Assembly: GCA_038496445.1 (NCBI GenBank)
Contig: JALMLS010000475.1
Coordinates: 1 to 36,662, forward strand
Direction of reading: 5' to 3'
Source of the DNA: Trichosphaerium sp. ATCC 40318
Lineage: Eukaryota; Protista; Tubulinea
DNA: 36,662 nucleotides
The notes beneath the pieces were generated by a model that saw only the letters and a list, made by a program, of their open reading frames with translations, was not told the origin of the DNA and made no database searches. Of the stretch, positions 11,145 through 23,779 are shown one piece after another. The position numbers and the translations under genes are program-made. The stretch's first letter is position 1, and each line of letters begins with the position of its first letter.

Positions 11145-13046
11145 GGAACTGACTCAGATTATCGATAGTTTTTGCTATTGATAATTTTTTTTTCACATAA
11201 CGCTGAAGGCATTTTTCCGGCCGTTTTGCCGTCTCTATTCTGAGAGCCGGCTTGGTATTATATACTTTCGGCTATTTGCCGGCAGTAAATAAAGAACGTA
11301 GGTAACAAAAACTGTAGTCTTTTATTGCCTCATCGTGTTGCTGGAAGTCACTATCTGAACTGTGATCGCTGCCAAAGTACTGATCTATGTCCTCAAGTTC
11401 TGTTTTGTCTATCGTTGGGATTGAGAGTACCACCTCGAGCAGCATGGGAAATCACTTTGTGATTCATAATTTGGGTAGTAAGTTGATGTGCTGTTGGGTC
11501 TGCTCTATCCCAGTGCTCTGTTGGTTTCTTTAGTCTCAAGGGCGACCAGTTATATATATTTGCAATGAATGAATCCCTTCTGTTGCCTTCATTGTATTTT
11601 GCTGGGTGCCGTCCTGTTCTTTTCTTCGGGCCTGCTGTAGTTTTTTTCTTCTTCAATCTCTTGTCTTTACCGTACCAGCAAGTTTATTGTACACTTTTCA
11701 AGGTGTTATTAACAGCACCAAGTGCATACATGCGTTGTTGCAGTTCTAGTTCAGATTGTGGCAGCCCTTTTGGGTTTGCAAGTGGCTTATTATAAAAGTT
11801 AAGTTGGCCTGATATGCAGCAATCCTTTGTTGATTAGCTACAAAATTCTTAGACAAAAAAAAACTACTTATGCGTTTTTACAGGGTTACGCTGAGTCTTC
11901 TCAATCTATGAATATGCACAAAAGAGATTGTACTGTGATTACCTGAACTCAACATCAATAAGTTTGTCAGTGATACGCCCTGCCATTATGTCAAGTTCTG
12001 TATGTTAAAAAAAATCATCAATAAATTTATAAATTTTTCAAATAGTTGGTTATGCAATGCTTGACAGGCATGTACACTACCAATTAAATAAGTTTTATTT
12101 GTAAAAAAACTATACGGACTTCAGTACTGCCAGCTGGAAATCAGGCAAGCTCCTTTTGGTTTATGGTAGTAGCATAAATTTATTTATTTTTCTACTTTGG
12201 TAACTTGTTACATTTCACGGCTTAGCATGTTATTTTCCCTTGAGAAATACCTTGCAAAGTCCCACAGATTCAGCGGGCATATTTCAAGGTTAATAGAAAT
12301 ACATTAGCTGTTACGCAAAAGCATTCTGAGCAAGCAGTTTCATACGTATAATTCGTATTGCAATTGGAAGTTGTAGCTAGTGGCGAAGTCGTTATAGGCA
12401 CAGGTAATGACCAGTATTTTGCAAATTTTTTACTTTTGAGGTTTCCTAGTACTTTTGTTGTGACAAATTCAACATTGAAAAAGTGATAAAGTTATAAATT
12501 TACATGCCTATCTACATTGCTGGATTCAAAAATATACGATATGATCCAAGTTACAAGAGCCATAGCCTGAATCTTGCCCACTGACCATTGTACTTGAGCC
12601 AACGCTGTTTCAAAAGTTGGAGTTACCTATTTACAGGCTTGTAAGTTGTACTAGCGACAAATTTGGCTAGTATTTTTAGAGCTAGTTTAGTGTTGTAAAG
12701 GTATTCTGCTACTCGGGTTGGTTGAACAACAAAAAACAGACATAGAAAACTATTCAGAGGGATGTATAACGTTGTATTGGTCCCCATAACTAGCAAACAG
12801 GATCAAAACACTAGAACTATTTCATTAAGTGCAAGGGCTTCAGGCTCCAAAGAATGACAGGGAGAACATGCTGTTCTCATGAATTGGGGGTAAGTTGGTA
12901 TAGTTACCGCATTCATTTACCTATTGTCGGTACTACAAGGCCGGCTGAATGACCGGCATCAACTAGCTTCCCGGCTTTGTGGTTCGTGGTCAAGTGAAAA
13001 AAAAATTTATCGATACAAAAGTTTATCGATAATCTGAGTCAATTCC
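11145..13046. mobile_element. 1.9-kb degenerate DNA transposon with ~52-bp TIRs and apparent 3-bp TSD (GAT)
   Basis: GGAA(C/T)TGACTCAGATTATCGATA…TTTTTTTTTCAC occurs at both ends in inverted orientation; gat flanks at 11142-11144 and 13047-13049; broken minus-strand coding remnants inside, with no transposase motif recognised. Confidence 0.75.
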
Positions 13047-13229
13047 GATATCAATTAGGGACGGTTTTTGTAAGCGGTTCACACCTTTCATATCAATGCT
13101 TTATCCTGTGTGAATGTACCTTTGGAATGAATGGCTCTATTGTTGTTAAGTTCTATATGTGGAATAAATTATTTACTTTTTTGGTGGTTAAGAACACATG
13201 GTGTCACAATAAATTTGTATGCGTTGTAC

Positions 13230-13342
13230 CTGTAAGAACTAACAGAAGTTGCAAGATCTGTCAGATCTGACTAAACACGAAAACCAAAAGTCACAAACAG
13301 CAAAAAGTTGCAAAGATTAGCAAACTTGAATGATACGGACAA
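13230..13342. mobile_element. Solo end of the TTGTC/TA TIR element family
   Basis: Subterminal agatctgtcagatctgac motif and caaacttgaatgatacggacaa-TA terminus. Confidence 0.7.
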
Positions 13343-13544
13343 TATCTTAAGGCAATAAAAAATACAATGTCAAAGTCACATTTTTGCGTAAAATCAATGA
13401 AAAGAAAAGTCATATTGAGTCATCAAGCTAACTTATTTGTCACATTACCAGTAACCTATTACTAAATGCCTAGTCAACATCAAATGGCAAAACAAAGAAA
13501 GATATCTTAAATACACACCATTGTAGCCTGTACGAAATAGATAG

Positions 13545-13924
13545 GCGCAGCCAGAAATGAGTGTAACAGACGTCTATTACCAATAGAGCTTCAGCTAGAT
13601 ATTATGTGCCAGTTCGAGTGGAAACATGGTAAACAAGAAGGGTTCAAGTATTGGTATGACAATGGCCAATTATTCGAATAGTGTTATTCCATTAATGGTA
13701 AATTTGATGTAGAGTTTAAAGTTTGGCATAAGAACAGGGTATTGAATGAGTTGTGTTACTTTGTTAATGACAAAAAAGATGGAGAATACAAATGTTGGTA
13801 CAAAAATGGTCAATTGGAGGAGCAATACTACTTTGTCAATGGCATACGACATGGAGAATACAAGAGTTGGTTTGAAAATGGCCAACTGAAGGACCATTGC
13901 TATTTTATCAAACAACAAGATTAG
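13545..13924 (+). pseudogene. MORN-variant (YwqK-like) repeat protein, intronless, one internal TAG
   Basis: RLLPIELQLDIMCQFEWKHGKQEGFKYWYDNGQLFE*CYSINGKFDVEFKVWHKNRVLNELCYFVNDKKDGEYKCWYKNGQLEEQYYFVNGIRHGEYKSWFENGQLKDHCYF: four 24-aa GxYKxWYxNGQL repeats. Confidence 0.8.
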
Positions 13925-14187
13925 TAATACTTTATGAATGAACAACAACTTCAACTAGCTGTACATAAAGTGTTATCTGTGTCTGTAATTCTTTATGTGT
14001 AATACAATCATACTGATATCAATGCCAATGAAATGACAAGACTGTTTCAATAGAAGCTACTCTTGGTATTAATGAAGGATGGAAGGGATTATTCTCAAGG
14101 ATTTATTACACTCATAGCATTGTAGAAAAAGAATAAAAAAAGAAAAAAAAAATCATTGTTTCGAAAGTAACAAATTTTTAATGTGGA

Positions 14188-15770
14188 TTAGGGTTCATTG
14201 TCTTCTTTTTCTTCATCTGAACTATTTGTTATTTCTTCCTCCATTACCTTTCTTTTCCTCTTTCCTGTGCCTTCATTGTTATCGCTTTTACTCCTTCTAT
14301 CTCTGCAAATGGATCACAACCTGACCACCCTTCAAAATCACCCTCTTTTTACTTATTTTATGAATTTTTTTCTTATCAGCCTGGTTGATGTTATCACTGA
14401 CACCGAAGCCTGATAAGCTGCCAAAGCCAGGGCCTTGATTACTGCCAAAGATTCCAGAAGTATTAACAAAGCCACTACTGGTGTTACCAAAGCCACTAGA
14501 GCTACTATTACCGAAACCTAGCAGAAAAAAATATTAGTTGATACAAGCACCTTTACAAAAAAAAATCTCATATCCTTAGAGGACTGAAAGTAACACTAAA
14601 CGACAAGTGTGATACATGCTCCCTCCATGAATATAACTTTGTAGAGAGAAGTAAGGATAACAACAATCATGCTACCCCATCCTCGAGAGCTACCAAAAGA
14701 AGTGTTTCCAAATGATGAAGAGCCACCAAACATACCAGACGAGTTTCCAAAACCAGTGGTATTGCCAAAGCCGCTTGTATAACCAACTACAGAGCTTGTA
14801 GAGCCCATACCGTCCTCATTTTTCTGTAATTGGTAGTGTTCCCATCGCAGTTCTTCATGAGACTTTGTATTGAATTGTGGTGAGAAAGAGATGGATTGCA
14901 TGTTTACTTTTTGATTCATGTCTGTCCATTTAGTGTCTTTTTGAAATAAAAAATTACAAGAACCAAAGCAATAACAGCAAAAAAAAAAAAAAGGCAATGA
15001 CTTCAGACAAAATTTTAGCACTACTTAAGTACGAATGCGCATCACTAACAATCAGTTGGTTTGTTTACTCACTTAAGAACTTGGCTCCCTTGTGCCTCTT
15101 TTTCCATTGTTATCGCTGCCTCCCATCCACTGTTATAGTTGTTGAAGTAGCCAAAACTGCCTCCTGATTTATTAAAGCCACCTGAGCTGTTACCGCCAAA
15201 ATCAATGTTACTGTTATTGGTACCGGTCATGTTATTGCCTAAGATTGCAGAAAATTACTCAAAAAGGTCAAATACTCAATAAAAAAACACTTTTATGACA
15301 TTGTTGTTTTTAGGTAACTGTTTAAATGTGGGCATTCTTAATTGAATAAACAGGTACCTTTAGCTCCTCTCAAATACGCAGCTAGGTCATCTAATCCAAA
15401 GTAAAAAGCTTCTTGTACCATAGAGGATATGCCTATTGTACTAGGCACATCCAATATACCATCTCGGAGGTAATTCAATATGAACTCTACATGTGACAAA
15501 ATAAGAAAAAAGACGGAATAGCAGGAACCATACCAAATCGCTCTGGCGATCTATCAATAAACATGCCATCGCCGTCATCTTTAACTTCGTGTCTTCCAGA
15601 AAACGTAGCACCAAGCATGGAGTGCGGATATCTTGTGAGTGTTGACTTTGTCGTCTCGAACCTAGTTCAATAAATCATACGACGATCATGATTTTTTTGC
15701 AACTTTTAGTAATACCTTCTGCCACCAACGTTAAGAAAACGTTTTTTCTTGTGCTTGTTACAATTATGAC
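14188..15770 (-). CDS. KCTD/T1-type BTB domain fused to FG repeats and a Nup98-like GLEBS motif (start not found; possibly a pseudogene)
   Basis: Spliced LNVGGRRFETTKSTLTRYPHSMLGATFSG…FIDRSPERFEFILNYLRDG…EAFYFGL continues in frame into FG-rich sequence; MQSISFSPQFNTKSHEELRWEHYQ; many GFG/SFG repeats. One junction (~14945-15070) and the final stop (14297 or 14188) are unresolved. Confidence 0.75.
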
Positions 15771-15799
15771 GCCACTAATACCACAACATCTACAGGATG

Positions 15800-17345
15800 T
15801 TTGTAGATGATATTAAAATTTTCAAGTGCTACAAGTACGTGCATACCTCTGGGTGCTTCAGGAATACTTGCCTAAATGGCACTATTTGTTGGTGTAGGTA
15901 CATTTTATTTTACACAAAAAAAGTTGGAAATTGTCAAAAATGATTGTTACCATCAACCTTGAGCGTTACAAAGTATTAGTTTTTACATAGGCGAGTTGTC
16001 CCTGAAAGATAGAACTGATATTGTTGTTAAAACACTATCCAAAACACAATAAACAGTTATCAAGAACAAATCTGGTATGATTGGATTATTATAGCGTCAA
16101 CAGCGCTTACAATCACAACTGTAGTCAATATTATAACTCACACATTTTTCTTAGAACTTGATGTCGCTTGTAAAGAGCTGAGGATTTTTGGCATTTTCGA
16201 AAAACTGAAGCAAAAGATTCAACGCTTAGGTCAGACGTAAGTAATCTTTCTTTCATGTATTTTTGGTGTGACTAGCTAGTACTTATTCGTATTTATAGTC
16301 TACCTGAGGTTCTTGCCTAACGTAGATAACACTACACTCTATAATGTCAAACTAGCCAATTATTTTATGAAAATAGTATATCCAAAAGGAGATTTCTCTT
16401 TTGCATCAGAAGACAGTGATGTAGAAGTTCAACACAGAGGTTTTTACTTTCACGACTTTACTATTTCCTTGTAACACTTTTTCTTAGCGATTACTGAACT
16501 TCCTTACCATCTAATCCATGCGAAAAAGTATGACGCTCTCACTAAAACATTAACAAACCTTAACTATATCCACAGAAAGTGTAAGATTGGACATACAAGT
16601 AGCACTAGCCACTTAACAAAAACTAACCCATGTGAAAACAAAAGACTTTTGGCTTGATTTCAGATTACAATAGAATTCAAGATGTATCTTCTTCTAAAAG
16701 TGATACAAGGCTTGATAAAGTTACTACTGAAGTTATGGAATTCAAAAAATTCTTACGCTCAAAAGCTTACGAAATCCATGAAGATCCAAAAGGTAACTTA
16801 AACAAAAACTTAATCATTTTTTTCTTTTAAAAGTGTTCATTCAAATGGCTCTCAATCAGAACGAAATGCCAAAGGTCAGCAACCAAGCAAAGTGTATCAT
16901 AGCAAAGAAGCCAAAAGTACATTACATGGAATGGCTCAATCGCCCTCAAGCCCCATCAAAGGTAAGCCTGATAAACCGTCCATTTGGTTTTCTAACAACA
17001 ACAATCCCTAGGGTGCTTCAATGGTTATCGCAGGAACTTCTGACGTTAATGATTGCGTATACTCTCCTGATGGATCAAAGGTATTGATTGCGCACAAAGC
17101 AGGAACAGTATGCGTGTGGTCATCAAAGACAGGTACATAAACTTTCAATAATTTGACTGGTGCTAAAAACCAAAGGCGAACAAGTTGTTAGCTTTCCAAG
17201 CCATAAGGACCGTGTAAATTCTAGATTTACGAGAGATGCCGCTTTCTTTGCTTCTGTTGGCGGAGATGGTTTAGCAGTGCTATAGATTCTGTTACGATGC
17301 AAACAATAGGAAGTGTAAAAGTTTGCAACGGATGGAAAAAACTAG
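15800..17345 (+). pseudogene. NACHT-associated helical + WD40 fragment (TEP1/NWD1-like), degenerate
   Basis: LDVACKELRIFGIFEKL..IQRLGQTLPEVLA*, LANYF..RAITELPYHLIHAKKYDALTKTLTNLNYIHRKC, FIQMALNQ, WLNRPQ, and WD repeat VNDCVYSPDGSKVLIAHKAGTVCVWSSKTG; stops and an apparent internal deletion. Confidence 0.7.
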
Positions 17346-17669
17346 AACGCTTACATATTATTGCAACACCACATGTTTTTAACCATTATTTTATTTGGTG
17401 CATAGTGTAGTTCTGTTAATGTCTTTGAGGTCCAACAGGTGTCTTCTATACTCTAAAACAGATTATGTTAATACCGTGCGCTCAACGCAAGATACTTTGG
17501 AAGCGCTTGTAATTTTCTTTGAGGTTTTAACAGTTTTCTCGCGGTTAATACTCCTCTTTACGCCTGAATGTGCCACTATTCGCGCCTGGTGCTAGTAAAT
17601 TAACATGTAACAAAGCAGTATTAAATTGTAACCGTTGTTTATTGCTCCTTGGGGTGATCAGTAATGAGC

Positions 17670-17827
17670 ATGTCAGTTCTTGCAAGATCTATCAAAACTT
17701 ACAACATCTGCCGGAACTTGCAAGAACTAGCAGAAGTGACAAGATCTGACAGATCTGTTAGTTCTTGCAAGACCTTACACTTTGATACTTCTGCCAAACC
17801 TGTTGCAAACTTGAATGATGCAGACAA
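17670..17827. mobile_element. End of a TTGTC/TA TIR family element
   Basis: Repeated agatct/cttgcaag palindromes ending caaacttgaatgatgcagacaa-TA. Confidence 0.7.
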
Positions 17828-17869
17828 TACACAGTGCGTCTACATAAAATAATGTGATCGTCTTGCCAA

Positions 17870-18085
17870 GGTCTTTGAAACTTACATTAAAAATGTGTTT
17901 ATCACTTAAGGGTGTAAGTGTAAGTTGTACTATGATAGGCAGCATTGCGATTAATGGCACACAATAGTTCACATTGTGATAGATCTACACCATTTGACAA
18001 AAGTGTCAGACTTTGCTAGATCTGCTAAAAGTACTAGAAACTCACTTTCTAGAAAATATTAGTAAAACTTGAATGACATAGACAA
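17870..18085. mobile_element. Truncated copy of the right end of the 6606-7347 element
   Basis: High identity to 7140-7347, ending aaaacttgaatgacatagacaa-TA. Confidence 0.85.
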
Positions 18086-18189
18086 TAGTCCACTTTTAAC
18101 AACACTCTGAGCGCTGTTGGTTCTGATATGCAAACATGTTTGAAAACTGTGAGAAACTTTTCGAAAAAAATTCAGACTGTTATGTAATT

Positions 18190-18480
18190 AACACAAGTGC
18201 GCTGTAGTGTTTTAAGTACAAATATACGCGATATCAGTGTGCTATTGATAGCCACTAAGACGTTGTCTTGTCTCCCAAACAATCCGTACTAGTTGCCTAG
18301 CTGGCGCATGGTTATTCTAACAATGATATTTTTGTGTTTTTGAGAAGAGGACTTCCTGAAAGACTTGAACAATGCGACGTTGATTTAACAAGATACAATT
18401 GTATCCAACGTGATAGTGTATAATGTTGGATAATAATCTACAACTTTGAGAGACGTTAAATCGATCGGAACCATCCACAA
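18190..18480 (-). pseudogene. F-box/LRR gene fragment (copy of 4540-4825)
   Basis: Direct similarity to 4540-4825; joined to the upstream region by a deletion. Confidence 0.75.
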
Positions 18481-19218
18481 AACTCAAAAATCACATGAAG
18501 TTTAAACTAAGCCTTCAACGTTTACCAATATGCGTGTAGGTGCTACTCAAACCAAAGAAGAAGATAACACACTAAAAGGGAATAAAAAAGAGTACAAGCA
18601 TAAAGAAACTACCTTATATTAATAGCATAGTTGACTCAAACATTTACGTTTGCTGTGGTGTCAAAAACTGTTTGCCATGTTTTAGAAAAAATCATGTGTA
18701 ATTAAAAAACGCGTTAACTATTACTCCGACAAAACCAAACCGCGTAATGGTATGAATTGCGCGTACTTTAAACTTTTTTGAAAATAAATCTTGTAACATC
18801 TGACAAAGAATTTTCAAGTCACAAAAAGGTACATGCTGGTGACAGCTAATGTACAGTATAGTTTTAGGGCGTGTGATGACAATATCCTGCCAAGTCAGCA
18901 AGAGGTCCGCTGTTGTTGAAAGAAACAACCTCTAGGCAACCTCTTGTAACTACTGTACCAAAATTTTTGTTTATTGGAACAGTTTTTGTGCCCCACGAAA
19001 AGAATGAAATTTCTTACCTCAAACAGATATTTAATATTTTGTTTTCTTCTGGTATGTTATACATTATTTGAAAAGGCAGCATGCTTCGAACTATACTTCG
19101 AACAAAATATCGAACTGGTTCGAACCGTTTTTTGTGTATGTGAATACTAACGAAGTATTGTGTATCACAATTATTTTGCAGTGTTGTGCAGTATCCTTTG
19201 TAACTATTTCCAAAAGAT

Positions 19219-22200
19219 ATGGCAACACGTTACTTTCCATTATTCATATTAGCGGCAATGGTATCTCTTCACCAATGTGCAGTACTTCATGTGGCCACCA
19301 ACGGTAAGGATTAATTTAATTCCTTGTTCAGCAGAGGGTGTATTAACGGTACTATTGTAGGTATAGATGATGGCGACTGTAGTCGTTTGAACCCATGTAA
19401 ATCCTTGAGATATGCCTTGTTTTCTGAGGCGATATCTGATGACGTGATAAAGCTTGGCGCTGGAGTGTATGCGGGTACGACAGAACAGTTTTCAATAAGT
19501 ATTGAATAGTTTTGTACAAGGCTACAGTAATACCAACCTCACGTGGGGTGTTCTGAATCTGTCCAAAATTACGATTGAAGGTACGTTTATGGTTTTAGCT
19601 CAACGCACTAAATCACTAAGCTTTTGTTATTAAAACGCGTGGTAGGAAGCGGTGATTTAGAAACTATTATTGATGGTGTAGATACCAATTACTTTATGAA
19701 TGTAACGACTTTTGGTATTAATATTACACTCTCAAACCTTGTAATTCAACAGATGGCGTGTCCTCGGTTTAACGTACAACATACAATTACCGCTGAGTTT
19801 AACAATATTAAAACCCTCTTTAGTGTGACGACGACTATGATATCGCTTCGGTAGTTCAAATACGAGGTGGGCACGTTGACATTAGGTACAGCCTGCAAAC
19901 AATTAAGCTCTTGTTTTTGTCTTTTTTGAGGAATTATTTGGTTTGAGTAGTTACTGTTATTGCGTTTTTTCACGTGTATTTCTCGTAGAGACATTTTTTT
20001 TCATCCTACTCTAGTATCCATCACAATAAGTCTATTCTAACTGGTACTATTGTAGGGACTGTCTTTTTCGTCGAAACAAATGCCACAACTACAACGCATG
20101 TTACATACGAACTAGTAACATAATACAAAACCAAGGAGGCTCTATGTTACTGAAAGGGTAGGAGGATATTTGAACTTGTAGTTTTACTGATAACGCTTTA
20201 GAGTACATTTTGAAAGAAATTTAGGCAGCGTTAGCATTATCAACTCATCACTAGTTGTTGAAAGTTCAGTCTTCAAACATGGATCCCGAGGTGCCGCTTC
20301 CAAAACAAATTGTTGCTTACTGCTACAGGGTATATTTACGGGGAAGGAAAATTGAACGTGATTGTAAAGAATAGCAGCTTTTTATTTGGTTCAAGTGGCT
20401 ATGGAGGAGGCATCTGTAGGTTACCACGTTTTTTTAGAGTTAATTGTGTCTAGCAATTATATCATCTCAAAGCCACATATCAACTGCGCACATTTCAGAT
20501 TCTAAATTTACAAACAACTTTGGTGAGATACTGGTGCTTGCTAATGTAGACGCCTCAATACAAGACTGCACTTTCAGGTAAAATAAATGAACGTACAGTG
20601 CTAATGCGATTGTAGTAATAACATTGCTGGTGGAGTTTACAGCCTTGATGGCTATTTCTCAATGCGAGGCTGCACTCTTAGGTAAAATAAATGATCTATA
20701 GCGCTGATGCAGTTGTAGTAATAACATCGCTCGAGTTGGAGTACTAACACTGCATATAAAAAATGCTAAAGTAGAAAATAACATATTCAAGAACAATACT
20801 GGATCAGGCACTACCATATATTGCCATAATATACGCTGATAGAATCTAGCTATCTCAATCGATAGTGGTTTTGGAAATTACATAGAAACTAACGGATATT
20901 TTAAAAACATTACAGAAGTTTCAAACAATACGTTCGAAAATACCAATCCAGATGATTTTGATGACTTGTTCCCACAGATTACTGGAGGTACCTTTTTCTA
21001 TTTGTAGCTGTATTAATGACATATCACTCAGGTAATGCGTTTAGCACACTGCGTGTAGCACAGGTTTGGATCAAAGAGCAATCAGACACTGTTGAACATC
21101 TGGTCATAGAAAACGGCTTTTTGAATTTTTCAAAGGATGGAGTGTTGGAAGTGTATTCGAGTTTTAATGCTGAAAGTGGACGAATTTATGTACTGTTGTT
21201 GAAACAAAAACAATGCACTGTTTAACTCGTAAATTTAGGGAACGTCTTCTAACCTTGAGAAACAGCTCATACTCAAACGCAATTGCGCCTCCTCAGTTAC
21301 TGGCACAATATTTGACTCCATAGGAATAGAAAACAAAGGTACATGTCTTAGTTGAAAGATCACGTGATTAACCTTATAAAAATAGGATCAATGAGTTTAC
21401 ATACTTTATTATTAAGTAGCATAATATATATTCCTCATACTACTATTGTTAACCTCGAATATGCTACTTTTAGAATTGCACCAGAGATGTTTGTTCATGG
21501 GCAAGAAAGTCATTTGAAAATGCTTCAAAACTCGGCACTAGTTGTTGACGTAAGTGTATGGTTGTATCAACTTGCTTACGAATGTGTAGGGACGTGTAGG
21601 TCTAAAATCTACAAATGTTATTATTAGCCCTCAAAGTAGGTTCAGTATTATTTTGGGCAAGTCTTATTTGGCCATCACTGAATCAAATATTACTATTCGT
21701 AAGTTTGTAATTGTTTACAGCCTTTCGATTAATGTGTGTTTAGTGGGTACACTGTTCATATCAATACCTGCTTCAACACATGTTCGACCGTTTGACATGT
21801 TCCCTTTGATTGAATTCTCTCAAGGGTCAAGTGTTATATTCAATGGAACCATGGTTGTTGACCACCAGTACAGTACTTTTCCATTTTCGACAGCATTTGT
21901 ATTTTCAAATAGTTCTGTGTCAATTCAAATAATGGAAAGAGAACAAACCTTAAGAGTTTGGAGGTGGAGTGATGCTACAACTATAATAGGCATATCAATT
22001 GGGTGCTTTGGATTGCTTTTAACTCTGTTTGTAGTCACTGTTGTATTCTACTTTTGGTATGTTGTTAAAAAATCATATCTTCAAGAGCTCTATCTAACGG
22101 TTGAATAGGAAATCTTCACCAATATTGAGGGCATCAACACCAGAACTACTTGTGGTTATTCTCGTTGGTATCTGCTTGTTGTATTGTGGCACAATTGTTT

Positions 22201-23294
22201 GGTATGGCAGTAGTACTATGAAGTTTGTCTACTAAAACTAACTCAATAAAGGACTGCTCCTATATCTGATGTTATCTGTGAGTTGCGGATATGGATTCCA
22301 TTGATGGGATTTATTACTACTATGGCGTACGCTTTATTTCAGTACAAATACAATAGTTTGAACTACTAATCACAACTTTAAGGCCGCTTGTGGCGAAAAC
22401 TTACAGAATTCACAGAATATTTAACACCCTCAAGAAATGTCCAACTCATGTTGTTGCAGTGCCTCTAATAGATGTTATTAAACTAACAGCTGTATTAATT
22501 TGTGGTCAAATAGTATCCTTATGCCATGCCATTGTTTGTTTTGTTTTTGTTTATCCTTAAACTTGGTAAGATTGCTTTAATTGTGTGGTCGGCAATGTCT
22601 CAAAACCGAATTGGTTACACACCAGATCCAAACAATATCAACTTTAAACTTGCACACTGCGAGAGTAGATATGCTAGTGTATTTCTGATTATCACTATCC
22701 TCTACAATGTACACACACTATTGGTACTTTATTCTGCTTAACAATTGTGTAGGGAATAATATTGATTGTTGGTTCATATCTTGCATTCGCTGTCCGTAAG
22801 GCTCCAAGTATTTATAATGAATCACGTTGGTTGGGAGCAGCTATTTATGATATGTTTGTATGGGCGCTGATACTTGTTGGTTTGGGATACGCCATCACGT
22901 CACCATCACTTCTCAAAAGTGTGAGTATTCTATTCTCAATTGCAATTTGGATAAGTACAACAGGTATAGCACAAACAACTTTGGACCTAATTACTAAATC
23001 TTGTTCTGTAGTGACTCTTGTTGTTATCTTTGCGCCTAAGTTGTATGTCATTTTATTTGGCAATGACGTACCTCTCAGTTCTCAACAGTAAGTACACTAT
23101 GTGCTCATTTATGAGCTAATGATGTTAGGCAACATTCGCTTGATTTCGGTGCTTTGGACACCCTCAATGAGCCTGATTTGAAGAAAATTAAAAAACTGGA
23201 GGCCGAGAATCAAAGCTTACAAACTGAAAACCTAAGTTTACAAACTGAAAATGAAAGCTTGCATGCTCGCCTTTCAACAAGTAATACCAATTGA
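19219..23294 (+). CDS. Beta-helix ectodomain class C GPCR, copy 3 (apparently intact)
   Basis: Same exon structure as copy 2; ATG at 19219, TGA at 23292-23294; the divergent exons I translated stay in frame. Confidence 0.88.
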
Positions 23295-23779
23295 TATGTG
23301 ATACATCCTCATTCTTTATTGTTTATTTAACAATTTGGTTACGAATAAACCCTTTAGTTTTGTCATATAGTTGCCTTAACCTGTTGATAGTCGCTAGATC
23401 TTGTTTGAAGTAGATTATTAAGGTTCTTTTGCTCGGCAAGGTACAACTTCAGAAGAGGACTTCCTGAAAGACTTGAACAACGCGACGGTCTGACTTTCGT
23501 TTTTCGCTCCACAACACCTAATAACATTGTTATCTTCCCACACAAAGATTTAGAAACGTTTATAACTATGTAACAGCATGCATGTGCTTCTTTTTGGTGC
23601 GTGAATGCAGTAGCAAATACTTTGACTTGAGATGACGCTACTTTACTTAAGGGGCACACTGAGATGTGCAGAAATTGTTCAAATCGGCTCAAATTTTCGG
23701 GCCTATATCTTTGACATGAGGGCTTTTGAAAAACCCAACTTTTAGCGTGTGCCTTTTGACGTTTTTTTGTTGCAACAGT

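Noticed and set aside
13670-13690. TAG at a Gln-equivalent position suggesting a reassigned genetic code
   Set aside because: The intact genes read through without in-frame TAA/TAG and the 31348 gene ends in TAA; a CAG>TAG change in a pseudogene is simpler.
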